The notes: generated by a model not told the origin, from the sequence alone. 63,696 nt of DNA, filler included, from Octopus bimaculoides (GCF_001194135.2; 7 parts of 5 records of this genome joined end to end with filler, not necessarily neighbours in it), one strand, 5' to 3'; shown: positions 25,388-38,667, counted from the whole stretch's first letter. Numbers and translations: made by a program.

Positions 25388-25815
25388 AGCAAGGTAGAAA
25401 CGTTAGCATGCAGGGAAAAATGCTTAGCGGTATTTCCTTTGTCTTTACGTTTTGAGTTCAAATTCCACCGAAGTCGACTTTGCCATTCATCCTTTCGGGG
25501 TGGATAAATTAAGTACCAATTGTGTACTGGGGTCGATCTAATCGACTAGCCCCCTTCCCCAAAATTTCGGCTTTGTGCCTAGAGTAGAAAAATAATTAAT
25601 GCGGCGAGATGGCAGAATCGTTAGCACCCAGGAGAAATACTTAGCGGTATTTCACCCATCGTTACATTTTGAGTTGAAATTCCGCCGCGATCGACTTTGC
25701 CTTTTATCCTTTCGGAGTCGATAAATTAAGTACCAATTGCGTACTGGGGTCGATCTAATCGACTGCCCTGCGCCCCCACAATTTTGGGCCTTGTGCCTAG
25801 AGTAGAAAACAATAA
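25388..25815 (+). mobile_element. Head-to-tail dimer of SINE family A
   Basis: Two copies, ~25388-25596 and ~25600-25815. Confidence 0.85.
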
Positions 25816-26100
25816 TTTCATTTTGATATCTTCATGTAAGCTGATGTCAATAACTTTTCTTAAATGGGAACTGCCTTGACAATAAATAAAACTGAACACG
25901 TTTCCCAAAGAAGGAAAATAACAAATGCATATAATATAGTTTTTTTAACGAGAGTAACTAAACGGCAACTAGAATTCAACAGACATCAATAACATTTAAG
26001 ATATCAGCTTTTAAAACAACAAAAGTAATAACCAAGTACACATGAACACGTGCTTCGTCATATTAATATTTCGAATACAGGTCAGAATCTATCGTTTATC

Positions 26101-26341
26101 TTTTATAAGTTTTAACCATTACACTGCGGCCATGTAGGGGCACGACCTTAAAGACTTCTTAGTCAATTGAATCGACCTCAATACTTTTCTTTTTCTCTTT
26201 CGTTAGCTTGGTACTTATTCTATCCGTCACTTTTGTTGAACCGCTACTTTACAAGGGACATAAATACACCAAAACTGGTTGTCAAGCGGTGGTGGGGAAC
26301 AAAGAAAAACACAAAATTATGTATGTATATATACCCCCCCC

Positions 26342-26390
<49 letters not shown>

Positions 26391-26540
26391 CATAATGGAC
26401 TACTTTCGGTTTCCATCTAGTAAATCCACTGACAAGACTCATTTTCGGCAATGAGCTTTAGTGAAAGTCATTTGCCCAAGGTATCATGTTGCGGGACTGA
26501 TCTCAAAATGGAGCAAACATCTTACCTCACAGCTGCGCTT
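26101..26540 (-). mobile_element. SINE family B, diverged full length
   Basis: Both halves in reverse around (AT)n. Confidence 0.75.
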
Positions 26541-26860
26541 GTTTGTGCAAACATATTTTGAAATAAAACCTGGCGTTGCTATATTCTGCCCGCGAATCGG
26601 GTTACTCTTTTCCTGAATCTATCACCCAGGTACGCAAAAGAAAGAAGAAAAGAACAGAAAATTACTTTTACATCCAAAGCCACCTATTTTTGTGTTCTTT
26701 AAAGTACAATAACAATGACGTCTCGCAGATAAATGGAACGAAAATCCTTTGTCAGGAGAAGCAAAGCAAACGGAGCGCGATGCCTGGTTTCGTGAACATC
26801 AATAACCATAACAACAATAACAACTGCAACACTAAAATCATGATTGAGAGCAGCAGCATC

Positions 26861-26978
26861 TGGTACTCCGTCGGTTACGACGACGAGTGTTCCAGCTAAT
26901 CCGATCAATGAAACAGCCTGCTCTTGCAATTAACGTGCAAATGGTTGAGTGCTCCACAGTCACGCATAAGTTTAACGA
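26861..26978 (-). mobile_element. SINE family D, 3' fragment
   Basis: Reverse complement of 28563-28683. Confidence 0.75.
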
Positions 26979-27687
26979 GCTGTGATCTGGGTAATGAAAA
27001 CATTCAGGAAACATTCATCAAATATGGGAACATTGCTATCTTGCACAGATATCCAGCAGTCGCTATCAAGTGTAAAACGGATCTGGACCTCGGCTGAGTC
27101 CATTCTGAAGATCGTTCGGCTGCCTTTCTTTTGAAGTGTTTTTATCTATCCTGCAGCATTGGTTAAAGAGATCGAACAGACTAAAAAGACAGAATATAAA
27201 CATTTACCCCTTCGACCACGCCCTCCTTAACTCACTACCTTTTCCAAGCTTCATTTTAAAAGCAAATTGAGGAAGGAGTGGCGAGTGTCGTCTCCTAGCA
27301 AATTTGCTTAAAACTGAATGTGTGTAGCGAGCAACGCTCAACTATGCGCATGCTCCACTAGACTGGAGAAGCACAACTGAGAGACGGCAATCGCCTTAAT
27401 GTCAGAATGACTATTTTTCGTATTTTATGATTCTGTACTTGACTGAGTTATTATAGTGTTTCTTGTTTCAGCCGAAGTTTTTCCAATTTCAGTCAAGTTT
27501 AGTCGGGTCCCTGAGTAGCCCTCGGACGTTTCTTACAGCTCTTGTTTCAATGTTATATTTTCTATTCCTCTTGTTTGCAAGTTTTCATGTAACCTTCCGT
27601 ACTATGTTGTGCTCAAACACCCTAAATATTTTTTGTCAATCTTTCGCTGTTAATAAACAAAGTATTATTATTATGATTATTATTATG

Positions 27688-27725
<38 letters not shown>

Positions 27726-27975
27726 GGCGGCAAGCTGGTATAGTTGTCAGCAAGCCGGACGAAATGCTAATCGGTATTTCGCCTGCAGCTAATTTCCGAG
27801 TTCAAATTCCACCGTGGTCGAGTTTGCCTTTCATCCTTTCGTGGTCAATGGAATAAGTACCCGTTACGTACTGGGATCGACGTAATCGACGTAATCGACT
27901 AGCCCCCACCCACCCCAAGTTTTCCCCCAAATTTTCATGATCTTGTGCGTAGAGTAGAAATAAATTATTATTATC
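27726..27975 (+). mobile_element. SINE family A
   Basis: Head, central domain and tail; flanked by (TTA)n. Confidence 0.85.
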
Positions 27976-28364
27976 ATCNNNNNNNNNNNNNNNNNNNNNN
28001 NNNNNNNNNNNNNNNNNNNNNNNNNNNNNNNNNNNNNNNNNNNNNNNNNNNNNNNNNNNNNNNNNNNNNNNNNNNNNNNNNNNNNNNNNNNNNNNNNNNN
28101 NNNNNNNNNNNNNNNNNNNNNNNNNNNNNNNNNNNNNNNNNNNNNNNNNNNNNNNNNNNNNNNNNNNNNNNNNNNNNNNNNNNNNNNNNNNNNNNNNNNN
28201 NNNNNNNNNNNNNNNNNNNNNNNNNNNNNNNNNNNNNNNNNNNNNNNNNNNNNNNNNNNNNNNNNNNNNNNNNNNNNNNNNNNNNNNNNNNNNNNNNNNN
28301 NNNNNNNNNNNNNNNNNNNNNNNNNNNNNNNNNNNNNNNNNNNNNNNNNNNNNNNNNNNNNNNN

Positions 28365-28690
28365 CGATTTCCCGACCAGGCGTTGTGAGTGTTTATTGAG
28401 CGAAAACACATAAAGCTCCACGAGGCTCCGGCAGGGGATGGTGGCGAACCCTGCTGTACTCTTTCACCACAACTTTCTCTCACTCTTACTTCCTGTTTTT
28501 GTTGTACCTGTATTTCAAAGGGCCAGCCTTGTCACACTGTGTCACACTGAATATCCCCGAGAACTACGTTAAGGGTACACGTGTCTGTGGAGTGCTCAGT
28601 CACTTGCACGTTAATTTCACGAGCAGGCTATTACGTTGATCGGATCAACTGGAACCCTTGACGTCGTAAGCGACGGGGTGCCAACAACAA
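28365..28690 (+). mobile_element. SINE family D (tRNA-derived, Ceph-SINE-like), 5' end lost in gap
   Basis: CGATTTCCCGACCAGGCG B-box end; GGAGTGCTCAGTCACTTGCACGTTAATTTCACGAGCAGGC..GATCGGATCAACTGGAACC; (ACA)n tail. The Ceph label is recollection. Confidence 0.75.
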
Positions 28691-30316
28691 TGACATGATG
28701 ATGACAATCTTCACGGTTTTACTCTATTGTTTCCATACTCACTGAATTTATAGTTTATCTATTTTTCGTATTTTCTTATTTTATGATTCTCTACCTGACT
28801 GAGTTATTGTTTCAACCGAAATTTTTCGAATTTCAATCAATTTTGAATTTCGTTTCATTTCTTCCAACACAGCATTTCCGTTTCTTTAAGAAGATCGTTG
28901 TATATTTATATTAAATGCAAATGCATAGTTAATGAATTCTTTTATATTTTCTTTTCCCCCGAATTGCGTCATCGTATTTCTTGCAAGAAATGAATGCCAA
29001 TAGCAGAGAAACTAAATTTGAGAGGCACTTTATGACAGCACTTTTCTCTCCGTATATTTCGTTCATATAGTGCTGTGATCGAATCGGATAATTGATGCAA
29101 CGCTCTATGGGGTTTTTACTGCATTTTGTTGCATTATTTTCATGCATGTACGTCATATTTAAAAGAAGTAAAAGCGTTCGTAGTCAGAAACTCTAATATA
29201 ATGCTTAAATGCAGAAAGTTCTATAAATATTTGCGATTGAAATATTGTCGATTTGACCGGAAGTCTCCCGACGCGTTGATTTTTCCATAAAATAGATGGC
29301 TGCGTTATCTTAACTCGATTCAATTATGTCCAGAATCGCTCGTAAAATAAGAATGCGTATTTCGTCATTCTTAGCTTAATGCAATTCTTTCGCTGGATAC
29401 ATTTTACGGAACATAGACCGGCCACAAAAGTCACTGGTATGCCTTTAAGTGAATAACTGAAAACTTTCAGCTGTCGAGAATTTAAGTGGAATTTGCCTTT
29501 CAAATAAAGAGTCGTGTGTTCGTTTCAGGTCGGATTGGTGGACTGTGTTATTTAGGCTACCTATAATTGTTTATTATTTTAACTGCTTGTGAAGAAATTA
29601 ATATACGAGCGGAGTACATAATATATACTGACTGAGAAACCAAACAGACACTGAGAAGTAATTATAAAGTTTAAATTAGATGCGTAATTACCGACTATTT
29701 CCTTAACAGAACACGTAAGACAATGATAAATGTGATCTAAGAAAAAGAATAATTTGGTGACAAATTACACGATGCGTCAAATAGCCTTGCAAACACATAC
29801 ATGTGCCCATACACATGTATACACATGTAGACATTTCTTCATAGACACACACACACACATATGGTAAGTCATTGCTGCCACCCTTGCCACTCACGACTCA
29901 AGGAAACTTCTTCTACTGGTCATTTCAGCATGCCTTCACCGTTTAATTCAGTCAGGTATTTTTTTTATCTCCATCTTTTTTTATCGCCTCCTGAATACTT
30001 TCTGTAGAAGAGTGTAGAGGCAAAGCGTTAAACACTACTTCCAATTATACCAACCTTTAAACTAACATAACCTGTTGTTCTTTCACTTTGTTGTAGACTA
30101 TATACATAAACTACCAACTTCTGATTCGGTACACACTTTGGATTATGGAGATCTCAAGTAATTATCGTCTCTCCCTGTCTCCTCCTCTCTGTATGCAAAC
30201 ACACACACGCACCCCCACACACACACACGCACACACGCACACACACATACACACACATATACAGAGGAGTTTGACTGATTATGTATCATGTAGTCGCCTA
30301 CACTCTTGAAATGTCC

Positions 30317-30365
<49 letters not shown>

Positions 30366-30399
30366 TGATTGATCGCTAATTTTACAAGTTATTCTATTC

Positions 30400-30552
30400 T
30401 GTCTCTGTTTATTTCCTCACATTGCTTTCTGCTGAAGAGCGTAGGCTCGAAACGTAAAAAGACTTTCTCACTTTTCCGAGCGTCAAACTCATACACCTGC
30501 TTGTTGCTGATACACCTGCCTTCGACTTTTGCTTTTCTGTAAATTTCAACTA
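30400..30552 (+). ncRNA. Short repeat containing a candidate minimal hammerhead ribozyme (30424-30463)
   Basis: CTTT-CTGCTGA-A-GAGC(GTAG)GCTC-GAAA-C-GTA-AAA; homologue at 49395-49431 (minus). Confidence 0.5.
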
Positions 30553-30664
30553 CATAGATGAATAGATAGATAGATAAATAGATGGATGGATGGATATTTG
30601 GGTATGTATATGTGTGTGTTTCGGGATGGTTAGTTTATTTGTTATTTTTTTTTTGTTGAAATAT

Positions 30665-30815
30665 ATATATATAATGTGGGCTTCTTTCTGTTTCTGTCTA
30701 CCAAGTTCGCTGTCAAGGCTTTGAACGGTCCGAAACTGTAGTACAAAACACTTCCCCAAAGTGCCGCTAAGTTGTACTGAACCCAAAGCTTTATCGTTCG
30801 CAAGTAAACTTCTTA
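30665..30815 (-). mobile_element. SINE family B, 5' half, diverged
   Basis: GGGCTTCTTTCTGTTTCTGTCTACCAA..ACACTTCCCCAAAGTGCC. Confidence 0.7.
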
Positions 30816-30819
30816 CTCC

Positions 30820-30862
<43 letters not shown>

Positions 30863-31015
30863 ACACAAACACACATATATGCGAACGTATTTATATATCT
30901 ATTTATCTGTATGTACATCTATATCTATCTATCTATTTATCTATCTGACTATCTATCTATGCATATGACTGTGTGTGTGCGCGCGCGCGTGTGTGTATGT
31001 GTGTGTGTCTGTGTG

Positions 31016-31058
<43 letters not shown>

Positions 31059-31695
31059 ATGCGTGCGTGCGTGTGTGCGTGCATGCGTATATTCATTTGC
31101 TTCTTGTCGCTGGCTCCTACTCTGAATGCCTTCATATTTCACATATGTTGAGATGCTATCGTTCTACAGGATACGTGACGTGTTACTTTCTGTTGTTTTT
31201 TTCTTTTTTCGGAGCTGTACAACATACCTTTATAAATTATTATTCTNNNNNNNNNNNNNNNNNNNNNNNNNNNNNNNNNNNNNNNNNNNNNNNNNNNNNN
31301 NNNNNNNNNNNNNNNNNNNNNNNNNNNNNNNNNNNNNNNNNNNNNNNNNNNNNNNNNNNNNNNNNNNNNNNNNNNNNNNNNNNNNNNNNNNNNNNNNNNN
31401 NNNNNNNNNNNNNNNNNNNNNNNNNNNNNNNNNNNNNNNNNNNNNNNNNNNNNNNNNNNNNNNNNNNNNNNNNNNNNNNNNNNNNNNNNNNNNNNNNNNN
31501 NNNNNNNNNNNNNNNNNNNNNNNNNNNNNNNNNNNNNNNNNNNNNNNNNNNNNNNNNNNNNNNNNNNNNNNNNNNNNNNNNNNNNNNNNNNNNNNNNNNN
31601 NNNNNNNNNNNNNNNNNNNNNNNNNNNNNNNNNNNNNNNNNNNNNNNNNNNNNNNNNNNNNNNNNNNNNNNNNNNNNNNNNNNNNNNNNNNNNNN

Positions 31696-31764
<69 letters not shown>

Positions 31765-32093
31765 ACATAAATTCCATAAAAACGTTGTTAAATCTGATTT
31801 TGCTAGATGGCACTGTTTTTTAAAATCCCTCTCTGTTTTATAAAATTTACTGTACGGGGTTGTGACATTCAGAAGAGAGATAATAAGGCTACTTTTATGC
31901 ATACACATTGTTAGTTATTATTCTTGTTGTTATAGTTACTGAGGTATAGATGCATTATGTGAATCTGTTGTTGCCTATTTGTGTTTGGTTTTCTATGTTT
32001 CTTTTTGATAATATTTGTGTTAGTGATAATTGTGAAAACGTACATTTTGAGTATATTATTCGAATTTAAAAAGCTTTGAGAGGCGTGAAACAA

Positions 32094-32667
32094 TTCGTTT
32101 TTAACTATTAAACTCGAAGTAAATTAAGCTATATATAATTGCATGTAAATCTCGTGTTTAAAAAATCCTTCGAAAAGAAGTCGGACACCCTTGGAACTCG
32201 AACCACGTTTTCTATAAGCATGACAGAATTTCGACAATTGAACCAAACGTATCTTTCGAGTTTCTCAACCTGTTACAGAAAATTTTTCTTACCAGCAAGA
32301 ATTACTTTGTAAGAAGTTTAGAAATTTCAAGAAAATGAGAAATGAGTAGTTATTTAACTGAGAAACGGAAGTGGGTAAAGCTATGACTAATAGCAGCTAA
32401 ATATTGGGTAAAGAACTCTTTGGATAACAAAGGGTGAAAGCTACCTGTATACAGCACGGACCTTCTTAAAATTGAACTACTCCAATCCTTCAAAATTCTC
32501 TAAACTCGTATGTTCAGTACATGGTACGAATTTCGAGACTTGGAGATGTGTGTTTGAGTGCCAATTGCAGCCTCCAACATTTTATACGCTAAAGAGATTT
32601 TAACACAATACTTGCATAATATTGTTTATAGCTTTATCTACTTCGAGTTACACAGTTAAAAGACGAA
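32094..32667. mobile_element. Degenerate inverted-repeat (MITE-like) element
   Basis: TTCGTTTTTAACTATTAAACTCGAAGTA..GCATG (32094-32145) is an imperfect reverse complement of 32612-32667. Confidence 0.5.
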
Positions 32668-32995
32668 ATATATTTTGTTGTTTTAAAACGTGTCACATGC
32701 AAAATTGTTGTTTGAAAATTTCTTGTGCAAGTGGTGTGCAAGACAGATTATTTCTTTTCTGTCGAATTCTTATCGTCCGATAGGGTTTGACTCCAGTCAT
32801 ATCACACCTTCTTTTCTGACATAATATATTCCGATATTCCTATATTCCGAAGTAAATCAGGGAATATATTTGTGACTATTTAACTCGGAGTTTTAACTTC
32901 AAAGAGATTTGGCCACAAATTTCAACATCCAGCAATCGCGAATACGCTACCTTTTTTCTTCCAGATTATTTTATAGAACGCTGTAATATTATTGC

Positions 32996-33205
32996 TTTCA
33001 AATTTTGGCTAGCGGCCAGCAGTTTCGAGGAGTGGTGTAAGTCGGTTATATCAATCCCAGTGCGCAACTTATACTTAATTTATCGATCCCTAAAGGATGA
33101 AACGCAAAGTAAATCTCAGCGGAATTTGACTTCAGAACATAATGACGAACGAAATGCCGCTAAGCATTTTTCGCAACGTGCTAACGATTCTGCCTGCTCA
33201 CCGCC
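32996..33205 (-). mobile_element. SINE family A
   Basis: Full reverse-complement copy. Confidence 0.85.
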
Positions 33206-33237
33206 TTGAAGTTATAATATTTATTAGTTGGAAATAT

Positions 33238-33455
33238 GGATGCGAGCTAGCAAAAGCGTTAGTGCATCGAAGAAATTGCTTAACTGTATTTCTCCTAACT
33301 TATTACTTTCTGAGTTCAAACTGCATCGAGGTCAACTTTGCTTTTCCTTGTTCCAGGGTATATAAAATAAACACCAAGTATAGTACAGGGGTTTATAATA
33401 TCCACGAACCCTCTTCTGCTACAATTGCTGGCCTTGTGCCAAACTTTGAACCCAT
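33238..33455 (+). mobile_element. SINE family A
   Basis: Full copy, head-to-head with the previous one. Confidence 0.85.
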
Positions 33456-34068
33456 TGTTAATTCGGAATTTAGAACGTATAAAAGTGTTCTTACCATTGT
33501 ATAAATACATTAGTCACTTTCAACGATCTTTAAGCGAGTCGATGTTTAAAGTAATATCGTATTACTATTAAATGGCTTCCATAATAAATTGTCTGAAAAT
33601 CTGTTTAAGTTTTAAACTCTGTTGTACAAAAGTAACAAAAATATCGAGCCTCTGAGCTTATTATTATTATTTTTTTTTGTTTCTTTGTGTTAGTTCCATA
33701 CAAATACAAAACCAATTTAAAAAGAATACCTCGGACTGAAATAAGGAATATACAACGTCGACCAAATGTAATTAACTGCTTAGTCTATCCAGGGAACAAG
33801 CCCCAATAACTTTAATGTGACGGGAAACCTTAGAAAAGTATTTCAACTTTTATCGAAACAGTATCAAAGAGATTTTATTGTTGTCTCATATATATAAGAC
33901 AGAATACATTTGCTGCAAGAATTTTTTTGGCGTTTTCTCTCCATCGGAAAAATCCCAAAAGAATTATACACTTTTCTTTTCTTTCTCTCTTACTTTCTTG
34001 TTCTTCGCAGAATGACCAATCCTCATTCTTTCTTGTTTTCTATATTGGTGTTATTATTATTATTATTT

Positions 34069-34115
<47 letters not shown>

Positions 34116-35124
34116 GGTGGNNNNNNNNNNNNNNNNNNNNNNNNNNNNNNNNNNNNNNNNNNNNNNNNNNNNNAGTAGTAGTAGTAGTAGTAGTAATATG
34201 TATTCTATTGATTCCTTAGATTTGATTCTTAATTTTTTTTTGTTTTTTTTTATGAATTCAGACAATTTTATGATAATTGATACCGCAATGAGAAACGGAA
34301 ATTCTTAATATTCTTTCCAAATTTCCGAAATATTTCTAAACGGCAATGATTTCATTCTTGAAAAAAAAAAAAAGAAAAAATTATAATAAATAAATAAATA
34401 AATAAAAAGGCCTGCAGTTGCAAAAAAAAAAAAACAGAAAAAGAAAAAATAATACGGAAGAAGATTGAAATCTTTGCTAGCTATTTTATTTTCTTTTATT
34501 TTAATTTATTTTAAAAATATTATTTTTTTTGTTTACAATTTTTATAATTCAATTGAAGAATACTTCAGAATTAGGTAATTCACTGGCAGCCATATTTTCA
34601 AGAATTCTTTCAAATGTTAGAGTTCATTTCAATAGAAAAATGTGACATGTTAAAGTTCTGCCGCACTCTCTCTTCTTTCCATCATATAGACTATTAATAC
34701 GTTATATTCTTTCATTACAATGCATCATCTGCTCGAATATAACTGATATTTCTGTGATTTATAAAAACACACCATGAAGAAAATGCTACCAAGTACATGG
34801 AGATGGATGTAGAATACTACTTAGCGTAAGGCAATAAAGACGAACTGGCGCGCTCACACACACACAAACAAACACACACACACACACAAACACAAACACA
34901 CAAACACACAAACACACACACAAAACACACATACACGAACACACACACACAAACACACAGACACACACACATGGACGTGCACCCAAAATCACACACACAT
35001 ATATAATTATGCATGTATGAATGTATGCATGTATATAGGTAGTTAGATAAAGACAGTTAGTTATGTAGGTATGTGTTCATGTGTGTGCGCGAATATATAT
35101 ATATGTAGGTAAGTAGATAGATAG

Positions 35125-35175
<51 letters not shown>

Positions 35176-35303
35176 TGTAAACAGATATAGATATGGAAGG
35201 AGAAGTAAAGGGAGAGAAAGAGAAGATGGAGGATATCAACACTGACAGATATGAGTTGATAATGTGTTACTGCATATGTGTGCATATATAATAAAAACGT
35301 ATC

Positions 35304-35358
<55 letters not shown>

Positions 35359-35580
35359 ATAATACACACAGAGATACAGACACACATAAACATGGGACAA
35401 TAAAAACATAAACCACGCTCGTTTACATGAAAATGTGTTTTTATGAGATGAGTCATAGAGAAACTTAAAGTACACACCTCATGCATTCACACATGCATCT
35501 TTCTATATACATTCTATACATAGATACACATACACACATCCACACACATACATATACACATACATAAATACATACATACA

Positions 35581-35621
<41 letters not shown>

Positions 35622-36234
35622 ATGTGTGTGTGCATGTGTGTATAGTCATTTTCATAAGTATGCATCTACATATAAACATATGTACGTGAACATTGTGAAT
35701 ATATAACTGCTTCTATGGTTCCATATAAGTATTCAGGCATTGTATGTACGTATCTCATCTTATTCCTTTTGTTCCGTTCATTCCTATACCTTCCTTCCCC
35801 ACTAACTCTTTTAGCTTCTCTCTCATTTTTTTCCCCCCATTTCCGTCTCTTGTTTCCCGTTCGCTTTTCACACTCTCAGAGATCTATCCACGTTCCTGCT
35901 TTTCTGCTACCCCTTCTCCTAGCACATTATTTCACTCTAGTTCTCGTTATTCCCTTCGGTTTCTCTCTAAACCGAATATCCAATGATCCAGTGCTAATCT
36001 TAAAAAGGAATAGAAAGTTACTTGGCTATAGATATATTCCAAAATGCGTGAGTAGATTGCTAATCATAAATAGAGGATCACAGTCTACTAAGATGGCTTT
36101 CATGTTATTATCCTGTTGATTAAAGGGCATCAAACGGATAAATGAAGCGAAAAACATTAAATACACTTACTTTCATTTATATAATCTGTTGCCTTGTTGG
36201 CAAGACTGAAACTTCAATAATATGCTTCATATAA

Positions 36235-36280
<46 letters not shown>

Positions 36281-36380
36281 NNNNNNNNNNNNNNNNNNNN
36301 NNNNNNNNNNNNNNNNNNNNNNNNTTAATTAATTAANNNNNNNNNNNNNNNNNNNNNNNNNNNNNNNNNNNNNNNNNNNN
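36281..36380. other. Artificial scaffold spacer N44-TTAATTAATTAA-N44
   Basis: Read directly. Confidence 0.95.
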
Positions 36381-36575
36381 GATTAAAATAGTGTGGGAAA
36401 ATGTATTCTTAAAAAGTCATTTTAAAAAGGTAATAAGCTATAACTCATGATTTATTATGATCAATTAAAAGTGATGCAAATTATATGACACACTCTTCAA
36501 AAATTCAATTTTTTTTTTTTACCCATATTCAATGACCAGTCTTTTGAGGCGGTCAGTCATTCTTCGATACGGTAT

Positions 36576-36616
<41 letters not shown>

Positions 36617-37450
36617 TGCATGCATGCATACATACATGTATACATACATACATACATACATACATACATACATACATACAGACCTACATACATACATACA
36701 TACATACATACAGATATGCATACATATATTACATATGAAGCGCGGGTTCCAGCGATGCAAAATGAATCTGGAGTTTAGCAGAAGCAATATAATGCTAATA
36801 TTCTTATAAATATGGACAGAGCACAATTCTTCACTCTCGTAGAAAATTGCTAGAACAAATTCCTGTTGCTTCTACTCTTGTTAGTGGTAATTGATAGGCT
36901 TGGTGTGGCCATATGAACCTCATCGAAAGGATAATTTGATTACACGAAAAATTAGACCTCTCAGCCAAACTGCAGTGGTTAACAAGAGTCGTCCAATAGC
37001 TCTTGCCTCAGATGGAGATCAGATAATGGTAACTCATGTATTCTGGTAACTCATGTTAGTTGGAAAACCTGAGGATTTTGAAATCCGGCACCACTTGATC
37101 CTTATAGTTTTTTTAGACCAATCAAAATAACAGGCGTGTCCATTATTTCATTTCCAGCAAGTGGAAAGAAGATCTAGATGATCTCAAGATGTTCAAACTG
37201 ATATGCCTCTACTCATTTACATAGCAGCACAACTGTTGGCAACGTGTAAAAGTTACTTAAATGAAGCAGCTTAATTAATGTATATGAATTATTAAACATA
37301 CGTAAATAAATTTATTTACGACTCATCCACAAACACACTGCCTCAGTCTTGTTCTTCATTAATCTGAGTCACCAATAAAAGCATTGATATGCAAATGAAT
37401 ACAGGACTCCATTGTTGTTCGTCGCATTTCTTATAAGTAGCCACAAGCTA

Positions 37451-37508
<58 letters not shown>

Positions 37509-38098
37509 AAAACAAAGGAAAGAACCACACCTAACTGTAATGACAGGCGAGATAAGTCAAGTTGTTTTTCCATCCGTTCTGCCTAAGGAGACCTAGTTTA
37601 ACAAAACGATCTATTCACGCAGCCATACAACTAACACGATACACGAATCCTTTTCTTATATAAGTGTGTGTCTGTCCTCTGTATGTATATGTGTATGATA
37701 GTTTGTGTTTTCGTGTGTGTGTATGTGCGTATGTGTTAGTCTGTGTTTTGAGTATGATACTACAAAGCTTTTCAGCAGGGCCATATTTCGGTACCATTTT
37801 CATTGAACGTCATCAACGTTACAATTCCGTTCGATAAAAAAAAAAAGCTATAAAGTCCTCAAGGACTCTGTTTGTTTGTTTGTTTGTTTTTTACATCTTA
37901 ATGGCCATTAATTTAGCTTTTTTACGTCAAAAATATGGCAGACAGTTTCTTCTTAAATTTGCATATCCCCAGAGAGACATTCGCTACAGCAGCCCTTATG
38001 ATCATTTTCATATTCCCCGCCCAATATTGTGCTACACATACATAAATATGTACATGTATACATATGCGTCTATACATACATACATACATACACACACA

Positions 38099-38144
<46 letters not shown>

Positions 38145-38352
38145 TACATACACACGTGTGTGTATACATATGTACCAGAATTCTGAACTGTATAGTATAA
38201 ATGGAAATAGCAAAATAATGGCGGGGTATGATCGTGCACATGAGTGTGAATATGTGTAAATGTGTGTGTTTATCTATATATACATACATACACATACACG
38301 CATGCATATGTGTATTTATGTTTGTATATACATGCATACACACACGCGCGCG

Positions 38353-38386
<34 letters not shown>

Positions 38387-38389
<3 letters not shown>

Positions 38390-38600
38390 GAGGGGTCATG
38401 AAAAGTTCCTGGTTTAAAGGGTATCACAAAAGGCCTGGTTGGAGGCCAACCTTCGGAGCTCTTTTACAGGGCTTACAGAAATTGAAAGACCACGGCAATA
38501 AACGTGTGAATCTGAGAAGGGAGTATGTTGAAGAAAATCATAATTAATTGATTCGTAGTAGGAAGTGCTGAAAAGTTTCTGGCTTTTTGGTAAAAGAAAA
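38387..38600 (+). mobile_element. Mariner-derived non-autonomous remnant
   Basis: CACGAGGGG..AAAAGTTCC terminus; GLQKLKDHGNKRVNLRREYVEE matches the mariner C-terminus pattern. Confidence 0.55.
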
Positions 38601-38667
38601 TACAGGACGGTCAGTTGAGGTTGAAACGTGTAAAAGGACATATATATATATACTAAACAGTTTCCTT

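Noticed and set aside
26985-27150. Minus frame RTIFRMDSAEVQIRFTLDSDCWISVQD
   Set aside because: Protein-like, but no family recognised and no flanking splice sites in phase
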